Below, piece after piece: positions 10,501 through 18,961 of a stretch of DNA of 63,103 nt (positions within the stretch are counted from its first letter, which is position 1; each line of letters opens with the position of its first letter). The stretch is from positions 1 to 63,103 of IMG/VR virus record IMGVR_UViG_3300026097_000022; one strand, written 5' to 3'. The notes below the pieces were generated by a model. The model ran no database searches. It was given only the letters and a program-made list of their open reading frames with translations, and was not told where the DNA came from. Source of the DNA: a virus (Duplodnaviria; Caudoviricetes). The position numbers and the translations under genes were made by a program.

Positions 10501-13500
10501 AATGAATGAAGCTACCTTAGGATTGCTACCAAACTTCACATCTGTTGCCCAAGCTACAGAGCCGTAGCTTAAAGACTTTCCTGATGCTCCTTTATCGTGG
10601 ATAGATACAACCCAGATATTTCTGTTCTTGTATGCTGGTATGTCTAGACGAAGACCTACCTCTGTCCCGTCTTCTAGCATCACGTTCAACAGCTTGCCTT
10701 TGTTTTTATCTAGAGACTCCTGCATATCTTTAGTAGATGCCGGAAGGAAGAAGTCAGTGATAGCTTCAATAGCTTGCGTGATACGAACTGTCTCTTTATA
10801 CTCGGTATTGGTAATCTTGCCTTGTAGCAATTCAGAAGCAGCTTCCTGAACCTCTGTAGTTCTGTTTACAATAGCTGGGTTTACCTGACCTCTACCAAAT
10901 AGACTTGGCTTCCAATCGATCTGCTGTTTAGCTTTATCTCCACTAGGTTCTTTATTTGTAGGCAGGTCTGTATTCCAAATAGAGGCATACTTGATATGAT
11001 AGTAAGGTTCTGCTTTTTCTTTTAAGTCGTTAATCTTTTCTTTAGAAATAACTCTTGTAGGTACGCGAGAGTAATTGTTAGCGTATTTAGAAATACCATC
11101 TCTAGCTGCACCAAATTCTACACGTACAGGTAAATGAGACATTCCTAATTCTCTTGCTGCAAGAACTCTGTGGTTACCTTCACCTATCCAGCCGTAGCCT
11201 TGAGCATCAATATCTATGTAGATGTGGTCAGATCCTTTATATTCAAATCCTTCTTTCTTAAATGCTTTAACAAGTTCTTGTACACGCTTCTTATCTTCAG
11301 CTGTTTCGTATAGACCGCCACGATCTCCGTCACGCATATCCATAAGATTGTACAGCGTAGACACAGGGACATAAGCTGTACCCCCTGTTTTGATAATAGG
11401 GTCTGTGTTTCCAGCTGTTTCCTTTGTCTTCATCTCGATGCCTGCAAAGTCAATCTGTTGTTTCGGTATATCTACCTCAGCTACCTTTGCTATAGCACCA
11501 GCACTAGAACTAATATTCGACTCAATGAATTTCTTCATTGTCGTTTCAGCCTTAATCTCAACGACTATTTCATTTACATTATGCTTTGTGTAGCTCTCTG
11601 TAATATCATAAGACTTGTAGTACTTATCTGGATGATAGACACCTTTGATTTTAGCCATAACAACCCAGCCAAACGATGGGTGATGATTAACGTCACCCGG
11701 TTTAGTCTTTACAACTTTAAACGTCTTAGGATCAAATTCTACAAACGACATAATCTCACCACCAGAAACTCCAATATTTAAAGGGTCTGAAATTCTGTTG
11801 TAAAATTCTTTAAGACTCTTTACCCCAATTGCTTTTTGAAAAACTGGGTTCGATGCAATTCTCCCATTAAGTAACTTTCTTAAATCAGGAGAGTAATTGT
11901 TATCTGCATTTAGTAATTCCAATAAAGCATTAGGATCTTTCCTAAAAGAACTCAGGTTTCTTATGTTCTTTCCTGTTTTCTCCTTGTAGGTTTCAGCAAA
12001 AGATATGAATTCATCCTTCAGTGGAAGAACTGTTTTAGGCTCTTTATATATCTTTCTAGGAACCTTCTTTTCTATGACTGTATAATACCCTTTCTTTTTG
12101 AACTCGGCTCGCTTACTTTTTGAAAGCTCTACACTCTTCTCTGAGTTTTGAATACTTGTGTTGAACAAATCTATAAGAGTAGACTTGCTCATAATTCTAT
12201 TGTCTAAAATCAAGTTTACCAGTTCCTCAAAGATGTGATGCTGAAACTGCCAAGATCCATCTAGAGTTCCGGAGTGAGGAGCAAATAAATCTGCCTTACC
12301 TTCTATAGCATTACGGATAAAACCTTCGGCTTGAGTTTTAGAATTAAACGCAGCAAGGTTAGAAACCTCTCCGAGCTCAACACCATTACGCTCCATCATA
12401 AGAGGAACATAATTCCTACCCCCAAGTAGATCGATAGAATAGCCGTTACCTAAAATTGTTACACCAGCATTTGTGTAGTCGTACATATTTGTCACGAACT
12501 TACGACCCTGTAGTGCAGTCATCTTAATGTCGGTCACAAACTTTTGTACAAAGCTTCGGGTATCTTCTGACAGCTTAGGAGCATCAATAACTTCTATCTG
12601 TTGTTTAGGGATGTTGATTGTACCAACCTCTCCTGATTCACCTTGCTCCTCCTCTTCGATTGCAGTTCCTTCTAAGTATGGGTTCTCTACAAACTCATCA
12701 GGCAGTAAGCCTACCTTTTGAGGGGCATACTTCATTATAGCGTAAGCCTTATCAGTAAACTCTTGAGCTTCCTCAAACTTACCCTCTCTGCGTAAAGCTC
12801 TACCTTTATCCCTTAGCTTAAATGCTTCAGTGTTAACCCCTGAGAAGTTTACATAGCTGTTCTGACCTCTGGTCTCAGCTGTAAGTGCTTTGCGTGCTAG
12901 AGGGCTAAACATTCTAGAGTGTACATCCCACGCATTCTCCTCACCAATAGGTCCAAAGCCATTGCCTCTTTCTGCGTGACCAAAGAAGTCGTGCACAAAC
13001 CTAAAGATATCGTTTACAAGTAAGGTGCGACCGTTGACATCTTTGTACTTTGTCTCAGCCAACATAGGGTTATCCTTTCTCTGTTGAGCTGTTATACCTT
13101 CATCACCAAACCCTGAGTCTGTACTGAAGATACGCATATTCTTATTCTTGCGAAGGTCTTCGATCAACTCGTTACTGTTGTTGTAAGGCTCGTTGTTGTT
13201 AACCTCTACCTTGTACCCCGCTTTAATGATAGCCTCGTGCTGATCAATTGTTTCTTCGGCTAAAGCCTTGTAAGCAGCAGCAACCTCTGGGTCTCTAGGG
13301 TTGTCTTTCATCGCTATATAAGCGTCAGAGATTCTCTTAGACAGCTTTTCGTCAAGCTTCTTGATGAGATTACCATCCGTATGTTTCATCCCCTTAGACT
13401 CCATATAAGATATAGCTACCTTACGTGCATCCTTAAGAGGTTCATTAGATATTCTAGAACCTACAGGAACGTCCATCTGAAGCCTAGAAGCCTCGTATGG

Positions 13501-16500
13501 ATTCTTGCTGTTTACTACAGCTGACTTTTCTGCATTGACATTTACCTCAGCACGACCCTGCAAGGTATTGATAAACCCATTGATGAAGTCTAGAGCTTCC
13601 TCTCTGCTTTTAATCTTACCGACCAAGCTCTTGTCTACGATATTTAACTTCGCAAGGAACTTGATTACAGCTGCCTTGATTTTATCTACAAGTGAAATAT
13701 TGTTGGTAGGAGTCATACCACTACTCTCAGAAGCAATAGCGCCTACATACTCTGCTAAGAATTCTTCCGCAATGTCAGCATCATCTTTAGTCCTACCCGG
13801 ACCGTATACCTGTTGATCGATATAAGCCTGTCTAAACGCTGATAATCTATTGGCTAATGCTATCTCTTCAGTAGAACCCTTAAGTAGCTCTGCTTCAATA
13901 ATGTTAGTGAATTCAGAGATCTTTCTTTTATCAAACTTGACAACAGATAAGTAAGCGTGTAGCAGCTCGTGAGGTAACGTTGACTCGAACGCAAGGTCTA
14001 AGTTGATAGTTATTCTTCTTTGAACAGGCGACCAACTACCTCTCGATTTACCTAGATCAGGAGTACCTTGCAAAGCCATATAAGACTTCATATCTAAGTC
14101 ACCTAGAATCACAAACTCTACAGGAGCTGCACCAAGTTTCTTGAGAATCTTATTGAAGTTCTCAATACTCTTAGCCATCTTTCTACCCTGCGCTTCGCTA
14201 ATCTTACCAGCTGTCCAGTGACCTTTCTTTCCTAGATCTTCAGGCTTTGCATTTCTAGACATTAACTCCTCAACAGGGTCGCCTTTGTACTCCTCGGCAA
14301 TGCCTTGCATTGCAGCAATCTTGAAAGCATATTTAGATGTACCTCTATCAGCCTTGTTGACTCCGGGGATAGCTTCAGCTTTACTATAAGGGATAAACAC
14401 CTCACCACCGTCTTCTTTCATACGACCGGTATCTTCCTTTGTTCTGAATAGGATACCCTTGTCTGTGTAGACAGCTGTCATCTTACCAGTGGTAATGTTA
14501 CGTGGGTCGTCTTTCTGACTTTCGGTTAATCGTTTGTCACTACCATCTTCATTCAGTAGCTTGATGTCGAGCTCTAGCTCTTGTTCAACTGCCCCAATTT
14601 CTTCAGTATCTGCATCTTCTGCGATGGGTTGAGCTGGCTCAGCTTCTTCAGTAGGTTGGGTGAGGATTTCTCTTGCTTCTTCATCTGTATCTATTAATTC
14701 TTGTAGTTCTTTTTCTGCATTAGATATATCCTCTGGGGTAGATGCGTTCTTCTGTAACCAGGACTGATATAAAATTTCTTGAGCTGTAGCACCTCTAAAG
14801 GTTCTTTTCTTACCGTCTTCGGTAACAAGAGATATAGATACTACATCACCTTCATCATTGTAGTTTACAGCGTCATCGATGTTATCGGTTTCACTCTTAT
14901 ATTCCTTACCTCTGATAGCGACTTTATTTCCAGCAAGCTGTACATCTGGAGTCATTTGTACTTCGATACCTAGCTCTGATATAGGCTTGTCTTGCACCTC
15001 GCTAAAAGGTCCTAACTCAATGATTCTATCTTTAGTTTCAACAACAGCTTGTTGTCCATCTCTCAATAGAGTACCCTCAACTGTCTCACCTGAAACAGGA
15101 TCTTTGTATTCTATCGATTGGTCCTCAACGTTCTTAACTAATATTGTAGGCTCAGCTGTCTCTTTATTCTGGGTGACTGGTTCTTCAGCTACCGGCTCTT
15201 CTGCTGGAGTTTCTTCAGTCGGTTGTTCTACTGGAGCTTCCTCCGTAGGTTGCTTGCTTAACAACAGCTCTGTAACCTCGTCATCATTCTCTACACCCCA
15301 TTGCCCAGTAGCAATATCCTCAGGAGTAGCATTGTTGACCATCTCTACAAACTCTTCTTTAGAGACTTCTTTGCCGTCACGGATGTAACGTGCACCACCC
15401 TCTTCAGCGTACTTGTTTTCTATAGCTGTCTTCTTAGCACGTAGATCATCAATCTCTTTTTTGATCTCAGCTTTCTGTGCATCACTAGGTGCTACATTGT
15501 ATCTCTTAGAAGCTGTACGTATCTTCTTGTTAAGGTCTAAAACCTCTGTTCTGTCTTGCTCTGTAAACTTACTGTAGAACTCAGCGTCTTCACCTTGTGT
15601 GTTAATGAGCTTACCAACCTCTTCTTCAATCATCTCATCAATGATCGCCTGTTCTTCTGGTTTAGCGTTCTCACGCTTCTTCATCAGCTCAGTAACATTA
15701 TTCTTGGCACGAGCTACTTCACGTTCGTTCTTAGTGCTACCGATAGCGTTAACACCTCTAGATAAACCGTGGATAGAACCACCCATCAGACCACCAATCA
15801 AAGTATTGTCTGCGATTTCTAGCACAGCTTCACGATCCCAGTTATCAAAGTTACCTCTGAGTCCGTTCTCGATAAGATTATCTGTTACAGCTACTAGGAA
15901 TTCTTCTCCAGCTTCTTCTCCGAATGACTTGAGTAAAGTTTCTTTCTTTAGCTCTTTCTTTAGCGCTTTCTTAAACGTTTCTTTAGTTCCTTCTTTACCA
16001 AAGATCCTTGCAAACTGACGGACATCCGTCTTGAATAAATTCTCTGCAACACCTTCAGCTGTACCGACAGCTAGAGAGTATAAAGCTTTTTCTTGAGAAG
16101 AGAGTGTAGGGTCATCCTGAATCTCAGCATACTTACCACCGGCAGCGGTTGCACCTAGAACTACAGCTCCTGCTGTACCTCCTGTTGCAGCCATCACACC
16201 AAGCTGTGGGATTTGTTGCACCATAGTAGATGCAGCCATCTTAGCAGCTGTGCCAAAGTTACCTTCACCTATGTTACCTACGATCCCTCTTGCTGCATCT
16301 TCTTCACTGATACCGTAGTCACGCCACTTATCCTGCATTGTCTTAGCAGCGTCATCCATATAGAAGTCACCCATAGCACCTAAAGCTTGTGACAGCTTAT
16401 TGTCTATAGGAGCAGCACTAAGCATAGCATTTTGTGCAGCAGTGTATGCAGGGTTAGCTGTAGCATAAGCCAATACATTTTCTTTGACGAACATTTCGCC

Positions 16501-16869
16501 AAGCTTGAATGCAGAGCCTACCATAGATTCAATACCAGACTGTAGTTCAGCCAGTACAGGAGTGTTCTTTATAACCCTACCGATAGGATTGAACGCATAT
16601 ATATCATAGTCTCCTTCAGATTTCTCAGATACCTGTTCAGGTGTCTCTTGAGATTGTAAGTCTGAAGATAATTCCGAAACACCGACACGAAAAGGTTCTT
16701 GTGAATCTTCTTTTTTTTTTTGATCTTCAAAAACCACTACAGATTCGTACTCTGGGTACTTGTCTACAATTTTTCTAGACAACTCTAGATCATCAATATC
16801 TTTATACTCAGGATACTTCGCTTTAATTTTTGCAGCGAATTCTGAAACTGTTAGCTTTTGATCTGCCAT
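7543..16869 (-). CDS. giant modular internal virion (ejection/polyvalent) protein, 3108 aa
   Basis: Position after tail/core genes; HELLH zincin motif, FRFVHDFFGH/GEENAW module, ParB-like EGNHR module. Confidence 0.75.
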   Translation of the reverse strand: MADQKLTVSEFAAKIKAKYPEYKDIDDLELSRKIVDKYPEYESVVVFEDQKKKEDSQEPFRVGVSELSSDLQSQETPEQVSEKSEGDYDIYAFNPIGRVIKNTPVLAELQSGIESMVGSAFKLGEMFVKENVLAYATANPAYTAAQNAMLSAAPIDNKLSQALGAMGDFYMDDAAKTMQDKWRDYGISEEDAARGIVGNIGEGNFGTAAKMAASTMVQQIPQLGVMAATGGTAGAVVLGATAAGGKYAEIQDDPTLSSQEKALYSLAVGTAEGVAENLFKTDVRQFARIFGKEGTKETFKKALKKELKKETLLKSFGEEAGEEFLVAVTDNLIENGLRGNFDNWDREAVLEIADNTLIGGLMGGSIHGLSRGVNAIGSTKNEREVARAKNNVTELMKKRENAKPEEQAIIDEMIEEEVGKLINTQGEDAEFYSKFTEQDRTEVLDLNKKIRTASKRYNVAPSDAQKAEIKKEIDDLRAKKTAIENKYAEEGGARYIRDGKEVSKEEFVEMVNNATPEDIATGQWGVENDDEVTELLLSKQPTEEAPVEQPTEETPAEEPVAEEPVTQNKETAEPTILVKNVEDQSIEYKDPVSGETVEGTLLRDGQQAVVETKDRIIELGPFSEVQDKPISELGIEVQMTPDVQLAGNKVAIRGKEYKSETDNIDDAVNYNDEGDVVSISLVTEDGKKRTFRGATAQEILYQSWLQKNASTPEDISNAEKELQELIDTDEEAREILTQPTEEAEPAQPIAEDADTEEIGAVEQELELDIKLLNEDGSDKRLTESQKDDPRNITTGKMTAVYTDKGILFRTKEDTGRMKEDGGEVFIPYSKAEAIPGVNKADRGTSKYAFKIAAMQGIAEEYKGDPVEELMSRNAKPEDLGKKGHWTAGKISEAQGRKMAKSIENFNKILKKLGAAPVEFVILGDLDMKSYMALQGTPDLGKSRGSWSPVQRRITINLDLAFESTLPHELLHAYLSVVKFDKRKISEFTNIIEAELLKGSTEEIALANRLSAFRQAYIDQQVYGPGRTKDDADIAEEFLAEYVGAIASESSGMTPTNNISLVDKIKAAVIKFLAKLNIVDKSLVGKIKSREEALDFINGFINTLQGRAEVNVNAEKSAVVNSKNPYEASRLQMDVPVGSRISNEPLKDARKVAISYMESKGMKHTDGNLIKKLDEKLSKRISDAYIAMKDNPRDPEVAAAYKALAEETIDQHEAIIKAGYKVEVNNNEPYNNSNELIEDLRKNKNMRIFSTDSGFGDEGITAQQRKDNPMLAETKYKDVNGRTLLVNDIFRFVHDFFGHAERGNGFGPIGEENAWDVHSRMFSPLARKALTAETRGQNSYVNFSGVNTEAFKLRDKGRALRREGKFEEAQEFTDKAYAIMKYAPQKVGLLPDEFVENPYLEGTAIEEEEQGESGEVGTINIPKQQIEVIDAPKLSEDTRSFVQKFVTDIKMTALQGRKFVTNMYDYTNAGVTILGNGYSIDLLGGRNYVPLMMERNGVELGEVSNLAAFNSKTQAEGFIRNAIEGKADLFAPHSGTLDGSWQFQHHIFEELVNLILDNRIMSKSTLIDLFNTSIQNSEKSVELSKSKRAEFKKKGYYTVIEKKVPRKIYKEPKTVLPLKDEFISFAETYKEKTGKNIRNLSSFRKDPNALLELLNADNNYSPDLRKLLNGRIASNPVFQKAIGVKSLKEFYNRISDPLNIGVSGGEIMSFVEFDPKTFKVVKTKPGDVNHHPSFGWVVMAKIKGVYHPDKYYKSYDITESYTKHNVNEIVVEIKAETTMKKFIESNISSSAGAIAKVAEVDIPKQQIDFAGIEMKTKETAGNTDPIIKTGGTAYVPVSTLYNLMDMRDGDRGGLYETAEDKKRVQELVKAFKKEGFEYKGSDHIYIDIDAQGYGWIGEGNHRVLAARELGMSHLPVRVEFGAARDGISKYANNYSRVPTRVISKEKINDLKEKAEPYYHIKYASIWNTDLPTNKEPSGDKAKQQIDWKPSLFGRGQVNPAIVNRTTEVQEAASELLQGKITNTEYKETVRITQAIEAITDFFLPASTKDMQESLDKNKGKLLNVMLEDGTEVGLRLDIPAYKNRNIWVVSIHDKGASGKSLSYGSVAWATDVKFGSNPKVASFIAAGKNMDTLKKQDKTTIARMLGKWKNFEGKTKEERDASAVKKVEEIVKIENSFPGAGRKGSPWRQVGMNPFRHSFFYDRRNGKPIVSAAEVVQIGGLVYAKDVEYADWSDDQFTVNGYKDADGQPVKFQIDNDPVSKVEEKQLTELEKGEIPKPTHKKAWYMRAWHTMFRTQLETEILKLQESKEGLISRTEEKSRVISNKIKKYAKTKEALALANEYLTADNKKEAKEKILALPRGEKLLSSLREARAFIDGISESLINDPAFEGLSDDLVMAIQQNLTTYLRTQYRFFTDKNFDINKRRDPAIQAQFKELMISEIALLNAQGLSPLDIQRIVNERRDEIRDEAVQMIDGYISDLEDVKYQPSKGGAGIKLPNAPFKRKQELPAYIEQLLGKEKNPINRFAQTSQALANVLYKGRMVEGILDIVGPNSDYILDEDPGSPKKKHYTKINDPYSKLNGKWVHNEITDALEQKPLYSSDKAWANGYFNVLKLARKSKVIWNITTWRKNLTGGWYFIMANGVANPKFAKDFSQRTKLMFKKTGETWAPDAETESLLDLMAEYGLIGKSIDANLIGMSQAAMQYGMDGDENAYNERAKRIWGNIKNKDKWLQEKYGAVDDYTKLIIFRSEIQTYAKKLYGKEYDSLTGTQKNRVHKEAAERVKESTPTFSRLPKWFDKVAVIPVVGDFVSFRLESLRSYGQNVWNGASDIAKSQEKGLTDVQKKAYLQAGLRRVAGSAAVFALKTAIVTVLSNYFLGDDDEELEDAAKLLRPEWMSGQTIIPRSIDKDGNVRVYNYSSEDPYGDVSDIFGGPESWSAMVKDFIRPNIAADLLFNLIKGEDIYGRKIADYSDSKINNIIKVSGYVGKQIVVPPTISSSFRDAYLRSDLPKKDKVVNLASMVAERSLIRDYKYNIVNSLLQDLRKISETRKSYEDYDNPAKRKAQLDDIREKWLAVVKIGNAKGNNEMVDNAEKYIKTHLMEADQDYFFYE

Positions 16870-16877
16870 AATATCTT

Positions 16878-18101
16878 TTATAGAATTCCGAGACTATCCT
16901 TACCTTCAGTAGCCTCTGTGGTTTCTTCCTGCGAAGATACGGAATTTCCATCAAGGCTGATTCCGTAGTCCTTTTTCAAAGCGTTTTTGATTCTTGCAAT
17001 TTCGTTAGGTTCAGCGCCTCTAGTTCTGGTTTTTGTAACTGTTTCTTTTTGACCCTGTTGATTACGCTCTTCAATCTCGTAGGTTTCTTCTACCACTAGC
17101 TCACCATCATTGTCAAATGCAAAACCTACAACATTCTTCATAGATCCTGTAAATGGCTTAGCAAATGCCTTGAAGTCAAGTATTAGTGGACTAGCGTCTT
17201 CTGTTGAAGTAGGACCTTCCATCTCTACTTGATAATCTTCTAGTCTTAAGTATTGCTTTCCAGAGCCGCTTTTTGAAGAAGATAGTGAGCTAAAGTCACT
17301 AGGTAGGTTACGCATAAAGTTGTCTACCAATTCTTTCTTATAAGACTGGATAAACTCTTGCTTCTTTTCTTCGGGTTGATTACGTAGGAATTCTAGTTCC
17401 TCCATACTATTGATCATCTCATCTTCACCGCCGGCAAATCCATTACGAACGCCACCCCAGGCTAAAGCCTTTTCTACAGATGATTCGTTAGCATTGATAA
17501 ACGCTTCTGCCATAGACTCTGCGTGAGCTCTAGCAGCACTCGTATTTAGATCCCCACTGTCATTGTAGAAGTCCTTAACCTTAGCACTGCTTAGTTTAAG
17601 CATCTTGTTAGCTTGATCAACAGGGTTAGCCAAGTCGTACTTCATAGATTGAGGAAGCACAAATGGCTCTTGTACAGCTAATGTAAGGTCATCAAGTGTT
17701 CTCTTAGAACGTCTGAAGTTATCTGTCAGCGATAAGAACTCTTGACCTGCGATAGAATACTTACTAGGGTCTGCTTTGTACGCAGCAACCTGTGTTCTGT
17801 ATTGATCAGCATTAGCAATAGCCATACCAGCAATCTGAGTGTACTCACCATACGCTTCATCAGCTTTACGCTTAGCCTCCGGGGAGTCGGACTCGATAGC
17901 CATATCTAGCTGTGACTGATATTTATTCCAAGCTTCTTGAACTAACGGCTTATCACCTTCTAGGTATGCACCCTCTTTCTTCTCGTTGGAATCGATCCAG
18001 CTGTTCATCTCTTTTTGCTCTTGACGCTTTTGTTGCATAGCGTTCTGAGCCATAGATCCAAAGTCTGGTGTCTTGATTATATTTGCTGGTACGAAATCCA
18101 T
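16878..18101 (-). CDS. putative internal virion protein
   Basis: 407-aa helical protein between the pilot-like and giant genes. Confidence 0.55.
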   Translation of the reverse strand: MDFVPANIIKTPDFGSMAQNAMQQKRQEQKEMNSWIDSNEKKEGAYLEGDKPLVQEAWNKYQSQLDMAIESDSPEAKRKADEAYGEYTQIAGMAIANADQYRTQVAAYKADPSKYSIAGQEFLSLTDNFRRSKRTLDDLTLAVQEPFVLPQSMKYDLANPVDQANKMLKLSSAKVKDFYNDSGDLNTSAARAHAESMAEAFINANESSVEKALAWGGVRNGFAGGEDEMINSMEELEFLRNQPEEKKQEFIQSYKKELVDNFMRNLPSDFSSLSSSKSGSGKQYLRLEDYQVEMEGPTSTEDASPLILDFKAFAKPFTGSMKNVVGFAFDNDGELVVEETYEIEERNQQGQKETVTKTRTRGAEPNEIARIKNALKKDYGISLDGNSVSSQEETTEATEGKDSLGIL

Positions 18102-18943
18102 TACTTGAATTGAGGTTTGTTTAATAGCGTGCGAACGAACTTGTGTAGGTCTGAGTCTCCAGACTTAGCTAGCTTCTGCATAGATTTAGCTTGAGTAGGA
18201 TTGAAGATGTATTCACCACCGGTCATCTCTCCAATCTTAGCACCATCCTTCATAAGGTTGATAGGGTTCTCTTTGTGAGAGAATTTACCAGGAGTCTTTT
18301 TTACTTTAGCGCCCTTTTCAGCCGTAAGCGCATTAACTACAGGTTCAAGCTCGTCTTCATTAACTCTATCTGTGGTCTGTGCATTTTTTACACTTAACTT
18401 AGGCTTGCCGTCTTCACCAAGGAGTCCCTCCTTAGAAGCTACCCCATAGTTTAGTCCAGCTTGCATAACATCTCCAATACCTCCAGTGATGTTTTGAGCA
18501 CCTGCTTGGATAGCATTCATAGCAAACCCTTCCTCACGGTTTTGTCTTGCTACATCACGCTGTCTTTGTCTCTCAGCACCACTAGTAGCGATAGTCATTG
18601 CACGCATAATCTCTTGCTGCTGTTGTGACAACGCTTGAGTCTTTGCTGCTGATCCTGCTCCTGTTACCTGTCCAATACCACCAATAAGTGCACGGCTACC
18701 ACCTTGCTGTAATGCAGCTGTAGATGAAGCCATAGATCTATTGATCTCATCAAGTCTACGTCTACTCAAGTCGCTAGCACGTGCTTGCTTGATTAAATCA
18801 GCATACTCTGAAGGCTTGCCTGTTGGAGCTTCATAAGCACCAGCCAAAGCTTGCTTCCCTTGTTTCTTTTGCCACGCTCCGTAACCAGCTTTTCCTAAGC
18901 CGGCTACACCTTGAGCGATTAACATCATTGTAATTGGATCCAT
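18101..18943 (-). CDS. putative internal virion/pilot (ejection) protein
   Basis: MDPITM..., Gly/Ala/Gln-rich N-terminus typical of podoviral ejection proteins. Confidence 0.55.
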   Translation of the reverse strand: MDPITMMLIAQGVAGLGKAGYGAWQKKQGKQALAGAYEAPTGKPSEYADLIKQARASDLSRRRLDEINRSMASSTAALQQGGSRALIGGIGQVTGAGSAAKTQALSQQQQEIMRAMTIATSGAERQRQRDVARQNREEGFAMNAIQAGAQNITGGIGDVMQAGLNYGVASKEGLLGEDGKPKLSVKNAQTTDRVNEDELEPVVNALTAEKGAKVKKTPGKFSHKENPINLMKDGAKIGEMTGGEYIFNPTQAKSMQKLAKSGDSDLHKFVRTLLNKPQFK

Positions 18944-18947
18944 ATTG

Positions 18948-18955
18948 CAAAAATA
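18948..18955 (-). promoter_or_regulatory. -7 promoter box TATTTTTG
   Basis: TAnnTTTG, 4 nt before ATG 18943. Confidence 0.55.
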
Positions 18956-18961
18956 CTAATT

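Noticed and set aside
7543-16869. crAss-like virion RNA polymerase
   Set aside because: No DxDxD/DFDID-type catalytic motif seen; the recognisable modules are peptidase- and ParB-like.
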